Shown in pieces: positions 16,686 to 25,395 of a DNA stretch of 64,000 nt (position 1 is its first letter; every line of letters begins with the position of its first letter). This DNA is from Limisphaerales bacterium (GTDB lineage Bacteria; Verrucomicrobiota; Verrucomicrobiia; Limisphaerales; UBA11358). A program made the position numbers and the translations under genes. The notes under the pieces are model-generated. The model had not been told where the DNA came from, did not search any database, and was given only the letters and a program-made list of their open reading frames with translations. The stretch covers positions 9,771-73,770 of the forward strand of contig PMOA01000100.1 of NCBI GenBank assembly GCA_003161635.1. Reading direction: 5' to 3'.

Positions 16686-17954
16686 CTACGCCGCCGCTTG
16701 GTCCTGCTTGCGCCGCACAATTGGTTTGCTTTCGCCCAGCACCACCGGCCGGGTGATTTTGACGTGAATGATGCTGCCGTTGTCCGGCGCTTCATACATC
16801 AAATCGAGCATTAATTTCTCAATCAACCCGCGCAAGGCCCGCGCGCCTGTGCCTTTTTTCAGCGCCTGCGTTGCCAGTTCATGCAGTGCGTCCGGGGTAA
16901 ATTCCAGTTCCGCGCCTTCCATGGCCATGAGTTTGGCGTACTGTTTCGTCAGCGCGTTTTTCGGCTCGGTGAGAATTGCCACCAGCTCCTCCCCGGTCAA
17001 TTCGGCCAGCGTCGTCACGACCGGCAGCCGGCCCACAAATTCGGGAATGAAACCGTAATTGAGCAAATCCTCCGGTTCGGCGTGTTGGAGAATTTCATTG
17101 CGCACCGCGCCGGCGTTTTTTTGCGCTTCCCCAATTGCGCCAAAACCAATCACGTGCCGGCCCAGCCGCCGGTGAATGACTTTCTCCAACCCGATGAACG
17201 CGCCACCGCAAATGAACAAAATGTCCGTCGTATCCACGCGGATGTATTCCTGCTGCGGATGTTTGCGTCCGCCCTGGGACGGGACGTTGCAGACCGTGCC
17301 TTCGAGGATTTTCAGGAGCGCCTGCTGCACACCTTCACCTGAAACGTCGCGGGTGATGGACGGGCCTTCCGCCTTGCGCGCGATCTTGTCAATCTCGTCA
17401 ATGTAAACGATGCCGCGCTGGGCGCGCTTCACGTCGTAGTCGGCGTTCTGGAGCAGACGCAAAATAATGTTCTCCACATCCTCGCCGACATACCCGGCCT
17501 CGGTGAGCGTCGTGGCATCGGCGATGGCAAAGGGCACGTCGAGAATTTTGGCGAGCGTCCGGGCCAGCAGCGTTTTGCCTGAGCCGGTCGGCCCGATCAT
17601 CAAAATGTTGCTCTTCTCGATTTCAACGTCGGCGTGCTTGGTGGCTGCGCCGCCCTCGGCGCAACTCCCGCCTTCCGCCGGAGTTTTCGGCTGGATCCGC
17701 TTGTAATGATTATGCACCGCCACGGCCAGGATTTTTTTTGCGTGTTCCTGGCCGACGCAATAAAGGTCAAGCTGCCGTTTGATGACCGCCGGTTTGGGGA
17801 TGGTGAACTTCGGCTGCTGCTTTTTGGTGGCGGCCGCGAATTCCCGGTCGAGAACGTTTTTGCAGAGAAGGATGCAGTTGTCGCAAATATAAACGTCCGG
17901 TCCTGCGATGAGCTTGCGCACTTCCGCGTGCGACTTGCCGCAGAAACTGCACAT
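16686..17954 (-). CDS. clpX: ATP-dependent Clp protease ATP-binding subunit ClpX
   Basis: Motifs: CSFCGK...[13 protein letters not shown] (Zn finger), [68 protein letters not shown]. The ORF-track start at 18044 runs through a repeat, so I prefer ATG 17954. Confidence 0.97.
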   Translation of the reverse strand: MCSFCGKSHAEVRKLIAGPDVYICDNCILLCKNVLDREFAAATKKQQPKFTIPKPAVIKRQLDLYCVGQEHAKKILAVAVHNHYKRIQPKTPAEGGSCAEGGAATKHADVEIEKSNILMIGPTGSGKTLLARTLAKILDVPFAIADATTLTEAGYVGEDVENIILRLLQNADYDVKRAQRGIVYIDEIDKIARKAEGPSITRDVSGEGVQQALLKILEGTVCNVPSQGGRKHPQQEYIRVDTTDILFICGGAFIGLEKVIHRRLGRHVIGFGAIGEAQKNAGAVRNEILQHAEPEDLLNYGFIPEFVGRLPVVTTLAELTGEELVAILTEPKNALTKQYAKLMAMEGAELEFTPDALHELATQALKKGTGARALRGLIEKLMLDLMYEAPDNGSIIHVKITRPVVLGESKPIVRRKQDQAAA

Positions 17955-18055
17955 GGTGATGTTGTTCGGACGGGCCACTTGGAATTTACGATTTACGATT
18001 GCCAACGGCGAATGGCGCGGCGCATTTAGAATTACAGCGAACATCCGAACGCTTC

Positions 18056-18096
18056 TCCCTCGCCCTTTCGGAAAGGAAGAGGGCCGGGGTGAAGAT
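18056..18096 (+). repeat. family-B repeat (CTCCCTCGCCC-loop-GAGGG..GGGGTGARG)
   Basis: TCTCCCTCGCCCTTTCGGAAAGGAAGAGGGCCGGGGTGAAG has the same architecture as the copies at 20548-20590 (+) and 20612-20654 (-). Confidence 0.7.
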
Positions 18097-18133
18097 TCGC
18101 TTTGAGTTCATGCGACGTTTGAGATTATCTTGT

Positions 18134-18763
18134 TCACACAACCACCGAACTTTTCTCCATGGCTCCCGGGATTTCCTTGCGGGATTGCACCACCTGGTCC
18201 ACCAGGCCGTAATTTTTGGCTTCTTCGGCGGACATGAAGTTGTCGCGGTCGCAATCCTTCTCCACCTGTTCCACGGTGCGGCCGGTGTGCTTGGCGAGAA
18301 TGCTGTTCAATCGCTGCTTGAGCTTGAGCATATATTTGACGCGGATTTCCACGTCGCTGGCCTGGCCCTCCGCGCCGCCCAGCACCTGATGGATCATGAT
18401 GTTCGCGTTCGGCAGCGCGAAGCGTTTGCCCTTTGTGCCCGCTGCCAGCAACACCGCGCCCATGCTCGCCGCCTGCCCGACGCAGTACGTGTTCACGTCG
18501 CAGGTGAGATATTGCATCGTGTCGTAAATCGCCAGTCCTGACGTGACGCTGCCGCCGGGTGAATTGATGTAAAGATGGACGTCCTTTTTCGGATCGGACA
18601 TTTGCAGGAACAAAAGCTGCGCGATGATGATGTTTGCGATCGTGTCATCCATCGGGGTGCCAAGAAAAATGATGCGGTCCACGAGCAGGCGCGAATAAAT
18701 GTCCCAGCTGCGCTCGCCGCGCCCGGTCTGCTCAACCACAATCGGAACCAGAAAATCTTGCAT
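18134..18763 (-). CDS. clpP: ATP-dependent Clp protease proteolytic subunit ClpP
   Basis: From ATG 18763: [33 protein letters not shown]..., [41 protein letters not shown]. The longer ORF-track start (18922) reads through a repeat element. Confidence 0.95.
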   Translation of the reverse strand: MQDFLVPIVVEQTGRGERSWDIYSRLLVDRIIFLGTPMDDTIANIIIAQLLFLQMSDPKKDVHLYINSPGGSVTSGLAIYDTMQYLTCDVNTYCVGQAASMGAVLLAAGTKGKRFALPNANIMIHQVLGGAEGQASDVEIRVKYMLKLKQRLNSILAKHTGRTVEQVEKDCDRDNFMSAEEAKNYGLVDQVVQSRKEIPGAMEKSSVVV

Positions 18764-18810
18764 GGCTAAATAACTACTCCATTTTTGCCGCAAGTAAAGG
18801 CGCGAAACGT

Positions 18811-18924
18811 TTTTGGACTGCGGCGGCAAGCGGAGCGCGACGCCGCTTTCGCAGAAGGTAAAATTCCACAATCGCCGGTTTTCAAAGCGCTGTCGCCGCT
18901 GCGCTCTGCCAGCGCAGTCCAAAA
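18811..18924. repeat. 114-bp MITE/REP-doublet-like element with perfect 12-bp terminal inverted repeats
   Basis: TTTTGGACTGCG (18811-18822) and CGCAGTCCAAAA (18913-18924) are the terminal inverted repeats. The arms stay similar for ~40 bp (GCGGCGGCAAGCGGAGCGCGACGCCGCTTTCGC versus the reverse complement GCGCTGGCAGAGCGCAGCGGCGACAGCGCTTTGAA). There is an internal hairpin CTGCGCT-ctgcc-AGCGCAG. Confidence 0.8.
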
Positions 18925-18943
18925 TGTGCGGCTCTGTGGTGGC

Positions 18944-19468
18944 TTAATTTCTCTGCGCTCTCCGCGGCGCCTCTGCGTTTAATTTCACCCAAATCAGCCG
19001 GAATGCGCTCGCGAAATCTCCCGGTTTCTCCGCGATCCAGCGTGTGATTTTTTCCGGCGCGAACCACCCGCCACTCTCAATCTCGTCGGGGTGCAGTTGA
19101 AACGGACCTTCCGCTTCGCAGCGGTAAACCCGGCAAAACTCCCAGCCCGTTTCCTTGCAGGCGTCAATTTTGAAAAGCCGCCGCGAACATGATTTCACTT
19201 CCAGCCCAATTTCCTCGCGCAACTCGCGCACCGCGCACGCATCGTAATCCTCACCCGAATCCACGTGACCCGACGATGACGAATCCCACAAACCGGCGGC
19301 GGTATCTTTCTTCATGGAGCGTTTTTGCAGAAAAACCTCGCCGCGCGAATTGAACACCAGCACATGCACCGCGCGATGCTTCAAGCCGAGCCGATGCACC
19401 GCGCGGCGCGGCTGGCGGTCAATCACCTCGTCGCGCTCGTTGACGACGTCGAAAATTTCCTCGCTCAT
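18944..19468 (-). CDS. NUDIX hydrolase
   Basis: From ATG 19468 (MSEEIFDVV...). The Nudix box is GHVDSGEDYDACAVRELREEIGL (G.5E.7REUxEExGU pattern). Confidence 0.85.
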   Translation of the reverse strand: MSEEIFDVVNERDEVIDRQPRRAVHRLGLKHRAVHVLVFNSRGEVFLQKRSMKKDTAAGLWDSSSSGHVDSGEDYDACAVRELREEIGLEVKSCSRRLFKIDACKETGWEFCRVYRCEAEGPFQLHPDEIESGGWFAPEKITRWIAEKPGDFASAFRLIWVKLNAEAPRRAQRN

Positions 19469-19540
19469 GGATTCATGTTCCGTATTGTGTGTGGCGTCAA
19501 GCAACGGGAAGCGCAGGCACAATACTTGACGTAATCTGCA

Positions 19541-20413
19541 TCACGCAACACGTTGTGCCAACGCCACGAACTGTTCCAAACTCACCGCTTCCGCGCGGAT
19601 TTGTGGAGAAAGCTGCAGTTTTTCAAATGCCCGCTCCAATTTTTCCGCCGGCCAATCTTTGCGCAGCAGTTTCAACATCATTTTTCGCCGTTGCGAGAAC
19701 GCCCGTTTGACGATTTTCGCGAACATCACGCGCTGGTGGTCCGACAAAGGCGGTTGGGCGCGACGAATCAAAACCACGCAGGCCGAATCCACGTCCGGCT
19801 CCGGGAAAAAGCAGCTTGCCGGAATCTTGAACCAATCGCGCAGCTCGTAGTCGAGTTGAAGCAGCAGCGTCAGCACACCGTAATCTTCGTCACCGGCTTT
19901 GGCCATGAGCCGGCGGGCAACTTCGAGTTGCAATGTCGCGACCATCCGTTCCGGTCGTTGGGGCGATTGCGCCAATTCCACAAAAATGGTTGAAGCGACG
20001 GAGTAGGGCAAATTCGCCACGAGCTTCCAGTCGCCCCAATCGTGCGACTCGCGGCGGAGAAATTCCAGCGCGTCGGCGTGGATTAGATGTAGCGCAGGCG
20101 TCCCGCCTGCCTTGAGCAAAGTGGTCGAATTGTGCAGGCGGGACGCCTGCGCTACGTTAAACCGCTCGCGCAAAAATTCCACCAGTCGCAAATCTTTTTC
20201 GATGGCCAGAACTTCCCCCGCTTTCTCCAGCAACCATTCCGTCAGCGGACCCAACCCCGGCCCAATTTCCAGAATTTTGTCCGCTTTTTCCAGTTCCGCC
20301 GCCTCGACGATGCGGCGGAGTTGGTTGGCGTCGTGCAAAAAATTTTGGCCGAGGGATTTCGTCAACTGAATCCCGCGCGTGGCCAGCAGTTCCCGCATTT
20401 CCGAAAGCTTCAC
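19541..20413 (-). CDS. rsmA: 16S rRNA (adenine1518/1519-N6)-dimethyltransferase RsmA/KsgA, carrying an in-frame palindrome
   Basis: Motifs: GQNFLHD, ILEIGPGLGPLTE (SAM motif I), AIEKD, ANLPYSVAS, FFPEPDVDSA, RRK....L. Confidence 0.9.
   Translation of the reverse strand: MKLSEMRELLATRGIQLTKSLGQNFLHDANQLRRIVEAAELEKADKILEIGPGLGPLTEWLLEKAGEVLAIEKDLRLVEFLRERFNVAQASRLHNSTTLLKAGGTPALHLIHADALEFLRRESHDWGDWKLVANLPYSVASTIFVELAQSPQRPERMVATLQLEVARRLMAKAGDEDYGVLTLLLQLDYELRDWFKIPASCFFPEPDVDSACVVLIRRAQPPLSDHQRVMFAKIVKRAFSQRRKMMLKLLRKDWPAEKLERAFEKLQLSPQIRAEAVSLEQFVALAQRVA
20089..20155. repeat. 67-bp perfect-arm palindrome inside rsmA
   Basis: GTAGCGCAGGCGTCCCGCCTGC (20089-20110) and its exact reverse complement GCAGGCGGGACGCCTGCGCTAC (20134-20155) are separated by a 23-nt loop. 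The segment is translated in-frame as VAQASRLHNSTTLLKAGGTPALH. Confidence 0.9.
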
Positions 20414-20505
20414 CGGGAAGGATTAAACCACGGCTTGTCGCGCTGAAGCAAAGCGAAAGCGGAATGAACACGGCGTAAAGCCGCGTGGCGGCCACGCCGC
20501 TATAC

Positions 20506-20711
20506 GCGGATGGGCACGGATAAAAACGACGCGCGGAATATGTTCTGTTCCCCTCGCCCCGCCCAGCGGGGAGAGGGATAGGGTGAGGGGATTTGAGTTT
20601 TCTACGCACCACCTCACCCCGCCCTCTCCCCCAACTCCGTTGGCGGAGAGGGAGAAAACGCAGTCGCGCACTTCGGTGTTCAATCCATGTTTATCTGTGT
20701 TCATTCGTGGC
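20506..20711. repeat. two composite repeat units in tail-to-tail inverted arrangement
   Basis: The left unit is GCGGATGGGCACGGATAAAAAC (20506-20527) followed by family B (+) at 20548-20590. The right unit is family B (-) at 20612-20654 followed by ATGTTTATCTGTGTTCATTCGTGGC (20688-20711). The right unit is about 70% identical to the reverse complement of the left. Its end overlaps the last codons and the stop of the aminotransferase gene. Confidence 0.65.
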
Positions 20712-21996
20712 TCAAAACTTCCGCGAGCGCGATGACGGCTTTGGCCAATTGCGCTTTGGTAATCGTAAGCGGGGGCGTGAAGCTGATGACGTTACCATAT
20801 TCCCCTTCGGGCAACAGAATGAAGCCGCGCTGCAACATGGTTTTAATGGCCTGCATGGCCGCGTCAGTGGCTGGCCTGCCGTCGGACAAGTGCAGTTCGA
20901 CGCCAGTCATCAAACCCAAACCGCGCACAGCGATTTGAAATTTCGGATTTGAAATCTTCGATTGCAGTTCACCAAGCAGAAATTCGCCAAGTTCCGCGCT
21001 GCTTTTGGACAAATCCAAGTTTTCAATTTCTTTGATTTGTGCCAGCGCCATCGCGCAGCCAACGGGATGGCCGAGGAAGGTGCTGGTGTGAATCGCCTCT
21101 CCGCGCGATGCCGGCCACGCGGTATCCATCAGGTCGGCGCGGCCAATGCAGGCCGAGAGCGGGAAACCGCCGGTGAGTGCCTTGCCCAGGCAGATAAGGT
21201 CGGGCATGACGCCGGTGTGTTCGCAGGCAAACCATTTTCCGGTGCGGCCAAAGCCGGTGTAAATTTCATCAAGAATCAGCAGCGCACCGTGTTCGTCGCA
21301 AAGTTTTCGCAGCAGCGGCAGAAATTCCTTTGGCGGAATATTGATGCCGCCGCGTGCTTGCACCGGTTCGACGAGAATCGCGCCAATCCATTCGCGGCGG
21401 AAAAAATGGCGGATGGACCATTCGACAGCGGCGAGGTCGTTGGATTTGTTTGGAAATGGCACGAAGTTTGCAAACTCGCGAAGCTGAAAGTGAAACGGGT
21501 TGCGGAAAAAATTGCGGTGGGTGGCGTTGAGCGCGCCGTAGCCGAGGCCATGATACGCGCCCTCGAAGGCAATTACACCGCGTTTGCCAGTGGCCAGCAT
21601 CGCGGTTTTGAACGCGGACTCAACGGCTTCAAAACCGGAATTGCTGAAAATGACTTTGCCCGATTTTTTGCCGTTGCTCCAACGTTCAAATGTGATTCGG
21701 CTCAAGTCGCGGGCGAGTTCCGCTTTGCGCGCGTGCGGATGCACATCGCCCATGGCGTGCAAAAGCCGGGACATTTGTTTTTGCCCGGCCTTGACGACGT
21801 GCAGGTTTGCGTGACCGGCGGCGGCGACACCAAACGCGGCGGTCAAATCGAGATATTTTTTCCCGTCAGCGTCCCAAACGTAAACGTCTTTGGCGCGTTC
21901 CCAAACGATGGGCCAGGAGCCGTCCGGCTCCATGAACACAATGTTGCGCGACTCGTAATCACGCAGCAGGTCAAGAATTTGACGGTTCTTGCTCAC
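20701..21996 (-). CDS. class-III (omega/acetylornithine-type) PLP aminotransferase
   Basis: Motifs: DADGKKYLDL, FSNSGFEAVESAFK, GAYHG, LILDEIYTGFGRTGKWFA, DLICLGKALTGG (PLP lysine), TFLGHP. Confidence 0.85.
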   Translation of the reverse strand: MSKNRQILDLLRDYESRNIVFMEPDGSWPIVWERAKDVYVWDADGKKYLDLTAAFGVAAAGHANLHVVKAGQKQMSRLLHAMGDVHPHARKAELARDLSRITFERWSNGKKSGKVIFSNSGFEAVESAFKTAMLATGKRGVIAFEGAYHGLGYGALNATHRNFFRNPFHFQLREFANFVPFPNKSNDLAAVEWSIRHFFRREWIGAILVEPVQARGGINIPPKEFLPLLRKLCDEHGALLILDEIYTGFGRTGKWFACEHTGVMPDLICLGKALTGGFPLSACIGRADLMDTAWPASRGEAIHTSTFLGHPVGCAMALAQIKEIENLDLSKSSAELGEFLLGELQSKISNPKFQIAVRGLGLMTGVELHLSDGRPATDAAMQAIKTMLQRGFILLPEGEYGNVISFTPPLTITKAQLAKAVIALAEVLSHE

Positions 21997-22862
21997 TAAA
22001 CTCCCCGTTGTTCCGGCGGCCAGATGATTTTGTGCATCTGAACTTGAAACCGCACCGGCAGCGCGTCGGCGATGATTCTTTCCGCCAATTCGCGCCGCGA
22101 AACCGGCGTCTGGCCGGCGGGAACCTTTTTCAATGATTTATTTTGTTGCTCCGGCGCAAGCGGATGCACCCACGAAAAGAGCAGGGGGCATACCATGTTT
22201 GGCCGGTGTTCGGCGATTTGCTGCCTGGCCCACTCATAATCTTCAACCGTGCCGATGACGAATTTGATTTCGTCGGTCGCTTTCAGGAGTTTGAGATTTG
22301 CCCAGCGATTGCCTTCGGCCTCGCCGCTGCTGGGACATTTCAAATCCATGATGCGCCGAACGCGCGGGTCAACCGGCGAAATGTCATGCGCGCCGCTGGT
22401 TTCAAGCAACACGGTGAACCCATCGTCGCAAAGTTGCTTCATCAACGGCAGGGAATTTTTCTGGAGCAACGGTTCGCCGCCCGTAAGTTCGACCAAGGGC
22501 ACGGAGTTAAGGGTTGAGCCGTCTCCGCTCCGCTTCGCCGCGCCAAGGGGTTGAGGGTTGAGGGGCGGGCGGAATGACGCGGCCAGCCGCCGGACTTCCG
22601 TGCAAATTTCTTCGAGTGATTTTTTTTTGCCTTCGGTAAAGGCGTAGGCGGTGTCGCAATACGAGCAGCGCAAATCGCAGGCGGTGAGCCGGATAAAAAC
22701 GCACGGCAGCCCGGCGAAGGTGCTTTCGCCTTGCAAGCTCAAATAGATTTCGTTGACAACCAGTGTGTCGGACACGCTGGCAATGTAGCGTTCCGGCGTT
22801 AAAAGGAAATGGCTGTGATTTGCTTTAGCACGATTCGCGGCTATCTTCTGGATAATCTGCAA
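21996..22862 (-). CDS. queE: 7-carboxy-7-deazaguanine synthase QueE (radical SAM)
   Basis: Motifs: EIYLSLQGESTFAGLPCVFIRLTACDLRCSYCDT, ELTGGEPLLQ, LETSG, KFVI..., VQMHKIIW. The N-terminal ~35 aa may be an over-extension. Confidence 0.8.
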   Translation of the reverse strand: MQIIQKIAANRAKANHSHFLLTPERYIASVSDTLVVNEIYLSLQGESTFAGLPCVFIRLTACDLRCSYCDTAYAFTEGKKKSLEEICTEVRRLAASFRPPLNPQPLGAAKRSGDGSTLNSVPLVELTGGEPLLQKNSLPLMKQLCDDGFTVLLETSGAHDISPVDPRVRRIMDLKCPSSGEAEGNRWANLKLLKATDEIKFVIGTVEDYEWARQQIAEHRPNMVCPLLFSWVHPLAPEQQNKSLKKVPAGQTPVSRRELAERIIADALPVRFQVQMHKIIWPPEQRGV

Positions 22863-22927
22863 TTATCCGCGCTTCAGGTGTGGAATTGGTGTTCGGGCAT
22901 AGAACTTGCAGCAGAAATTGAAAATTC

Positions 22928-24508
22928 ATGAATAAGTTGCGCGGCGCACAATTCCTCCTAGCCTTCGTTTTCTTAGGGCAAATGGCCGCCCGCGCATCGA
23001 ATCTCGACACCATCGGCGTTACGCTGTTGCAAGCGGTGACGACCAACGTCAACGGTGCGGGCATCCCCGTGGGGCAGGCGGAGGCGGGGAACGGGGCGAC
23101 GACCAACTGGCAGGTAAATCCCAGCACGGTCGGACAGCCGATCAACCTGTTTACTTACTACTCCAGCGGCGGTTCGGCGACAACCTTTCCCAATGCCTTG
23201 GGCGCCGAGTCTGGACACGCGGACGCGGTGGCAGGAAATTTTTACGGCGTGCCGCTCGGTGTGGCCACGAACGTCGCGCACGTGGACAATTACGACACGA
23301 GTTATTTTTACAACTCGATCATCGCGGCGACTGTCCCTCCCAACATCAATGATGCGGTGGTGAACCAAAGTTTTAACTTTACCGGAACCACCGTTGCCCA
23401 ACAACAGGCCATTGACTCGAACTACGACGATTACGCCGCGCAATTCAAAACTCTTTTCGTTTCCGGCGCGGGCAACGGCGGGCCGGTGTATCCGCCGTCA
23501 ACGTGTTACAATGGCATCAGCGTGGCGGTGGACAATGGCAGTTCAAGCATCGGGCCGACGGTGGACAATGGCCGCGCCAAACCGGACATCACCGCGCCGG
23601 GTTATCCCGCGGGGCTCACGAGTTTTTCCACGCCTTATGTTTCCGGCGCGGCGGCGGTGCTCATGCAGGCGGGATTGCGCAGTGACGGCGGCAGCGACAC
23701 CAATTCCGCCGCCGACATCCGCACGGTGAAGGCGCTGCTGTTGAACGGCGCCATCAAGCCCGCCGATTGGACAAACAACGCCTCTTCGCCGCTGGACACG
23801 CGCTACGGCGCAGGGGTGCTGAACGTTTTCAATTCCTATAAACAACTCATCGGCGGCAAGCGCGGTTATATTGTTTCCACCAGCGTTTCCATCGACACTC
23901 CGCATCCGCCCACCGGCGCAACCGGAACAGTCGGCGTGTTGAGCGGCTGGGATTTCAACACCAACACCAGCGTCGTGCATCCGGCGGCGCTCGATGCCGT
24001 GAACCATTATTATTTCAACGTCACCAATTCCAGCAGCAACGCCGCGTTCACCGCCACCGCCACGCTGGTTTGGAACCGCCAGCAAAGCCAGACGGGCATC
24101 AACAATCTCAATTTGTTTCTTTACAACGCCGCCAACAGCAATCTCGTCGCGTGCAGCACAAGCCTGGTGGACAATGTGGAGCACATCTTCATGTCGAAAT
24201 TGCCGCAGGGCCGTTACGATTTGCAGGTCTGGAAAGCCGGCGGCTCCGGCATCGTCAGCACTTCCGAAGCCTACGCGCTGGCGTTTGAATTTTTCTCGAT
24301 GTCGCTGAACGTTGCTAAATCCGGCACCAACGTTGTCCTCAAATGGCCGGTTTATCCAACGGGTTTTATTCTCGAATCCACGACCAATTTGATATCGCCA
24401 ATTCTTTGGAGCACAAACAACCCGGCTCCCGCCGTGACCAATAATCAAAATTGCGTTACGCTTGGCGCGACGAATGGCAGCCAGTTTTTCCGGCTGCGGC
24501 GACCGTGA
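22928..24508 (+). CDS. secreted subtilisin-like (S8) peptidase with C-terminal FFRL-ending domain
   Basis: Signal peptide MNKLRGAQFLLAFVFLGQMAARA. S8-like blocks: GIPVGQAEAGNG (position of the Asp motif), SGHADAVAGNF (His), VSGAGNGG (oxyanion Asn), PDITAPG, TSFSTPYVSGAAAVLMQ (Ser). Confidence 0.7.
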   Translation: MNKLRGAQFLLAFVFLGQMAARASNLDTIGVTLLQAVTTNVNGAGIPVGQAEAGNGATTNWQVNPSTVGQPINLFTYYSSGGSATTFPNALGAESGHADAVAGNFYGVPLGVATNVAHVDNYDTSYFYNSIIAATVPPNINDAVVNQSFNFTGTTVAQQQAIDSNYDDYAAQFKTLFVSGAGNGGPVYPPSTCYNGISVAVDNGSSSIGPTVDNGRAKPDITAPGYPAGLTSFSTPYVSGAAAVLMQAGLRSDGGSDTNSAADIRTVKALLLNGAIKPADWTNNASSPLDTRYGAGVLNVFNSYKQLIGGKRGYIVSTSVSIDTPHPPTGATGTVGVLSGWDFNTNTSVVHPAALDAVNHYYFNVTNSSSNAAFTATATLVWNRQQSQTGINNLNLFLYNAANSNLVACSTSLVDNVEHIFMSKLPQGRYDLQVWKAGGSGIVSTSEAYALAFEFFSMSLNVAKSGTNVVLKWPVYPTGFILESTTNLISPILWSTNNPAPAVTNNQNCVTLGATNGSQFFRLRRP

Positions 24509-24521
24509 AAATTTCGCGCGC

Positions 24522-25316
24522 TCAGGCAAAATGTCCGAGCGCGGAATGTTTCCCGATGCGATAACTCCGCGTGATGGCTGTGGTCACGTGGCGTTTGCCG
24601 ATTTCAACCGCGTGCGGTAAATCATGGTTCAACGCCAGCGCCGCCACGATGGCCGCCGAATACGTGCAGCCGGTGCCGTGAGTCGAGACGCCTTTGATAA
24701 ACGGCGCGCTCAACAGCAATTCCGTCCGGCCGTCAAAAAAAATGTCCACCGCATCGCGCACGCCGCGCAAATGGCCGCCTTTGACCAGCGCGGCGCAGCC
24801 GAACCGCATGTGGATTTCCCGCGCCGCCACACGCATATTTTCAACGGACGCAATTTTGCGTCCGATCAAAATCCCGGTTTCGTCGAGGTTGGGTGTGACA
24901 AGAATTGCGAGCGGCAGCAATTGTTCCCGCAAAATTTTAATCGCCGCTGGTTTCAGCAATGCCGCGCCGCTGGTTGAAATCATGACCGGATCAACCACGA
25001 GCGGCGGGCACTTTTGCTTTTTGAAAGAATCAGCGACGACACGAATGATTTCCGCTGAAAACAACATTCCGGTTTTCACCGCCACCGGCCGCAATTCCTC
25101 GAACACGGCTTTCATTTGCTGCCGCACGATTTCAGGCGAACACGGTTCGACGGCGAGAACGCGCCGGGGATTTTGTGCGGTGAGGCAGGTGATGACACTC
25201 GCGCCGTGAACGCCAAGCGCGGCGAAGGTTTTCAAATCGGCCTGAATGCCGGCGCCGCCGCCGCTGTCGGAGCCGGCAATGGTAAGCGCCACCGGCCATT
25301 TCACGATCCGTGACAT
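24522..25316 (-). CDS. thiD: hydroxymethylpyrimidine/phosphomethylpyrimidine kinase
   Basis: From ATG 25316 (MSRIVKWP...). Motifs: ALTIAGSDSGGGAGIQADLKTFAALGVHG, VKTGML, VVDPVM, VTPNL.E, LVKGGHL, TGCTYSAAI. Confidence 0.88.
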   Translation of the reverse strand: MSRIVKWPVALTIAGSDSGGGAGIQADLKTFAALGVHGASVITCLTAQNPRRVLAVEPCSPEIVRQQMKAVFEELRPVAVKTGMLFSAEIIRVVADSFKKQKCPPLVVDPVMISTSGAALLKPAAIKILREQLLPLAILVTPNLDETGILIGRKIASVENMRVAAREIHMRFGCAALVKGGHLRGVRDAVDIFFDGRTELLLSAPFIKGVSTHGTGCTYSAAIVAALALNHDLPHAVEIGKRHVTTAITRSYRIGKHSALGHFA

Positions 25317-25395
25317 GAGTTTGAACTTACCGGCATTCGCACAAAACGGCACGGAAAAAGACCGGCCGGCGGGGACTTGGGTTGCCCGGACCGTC

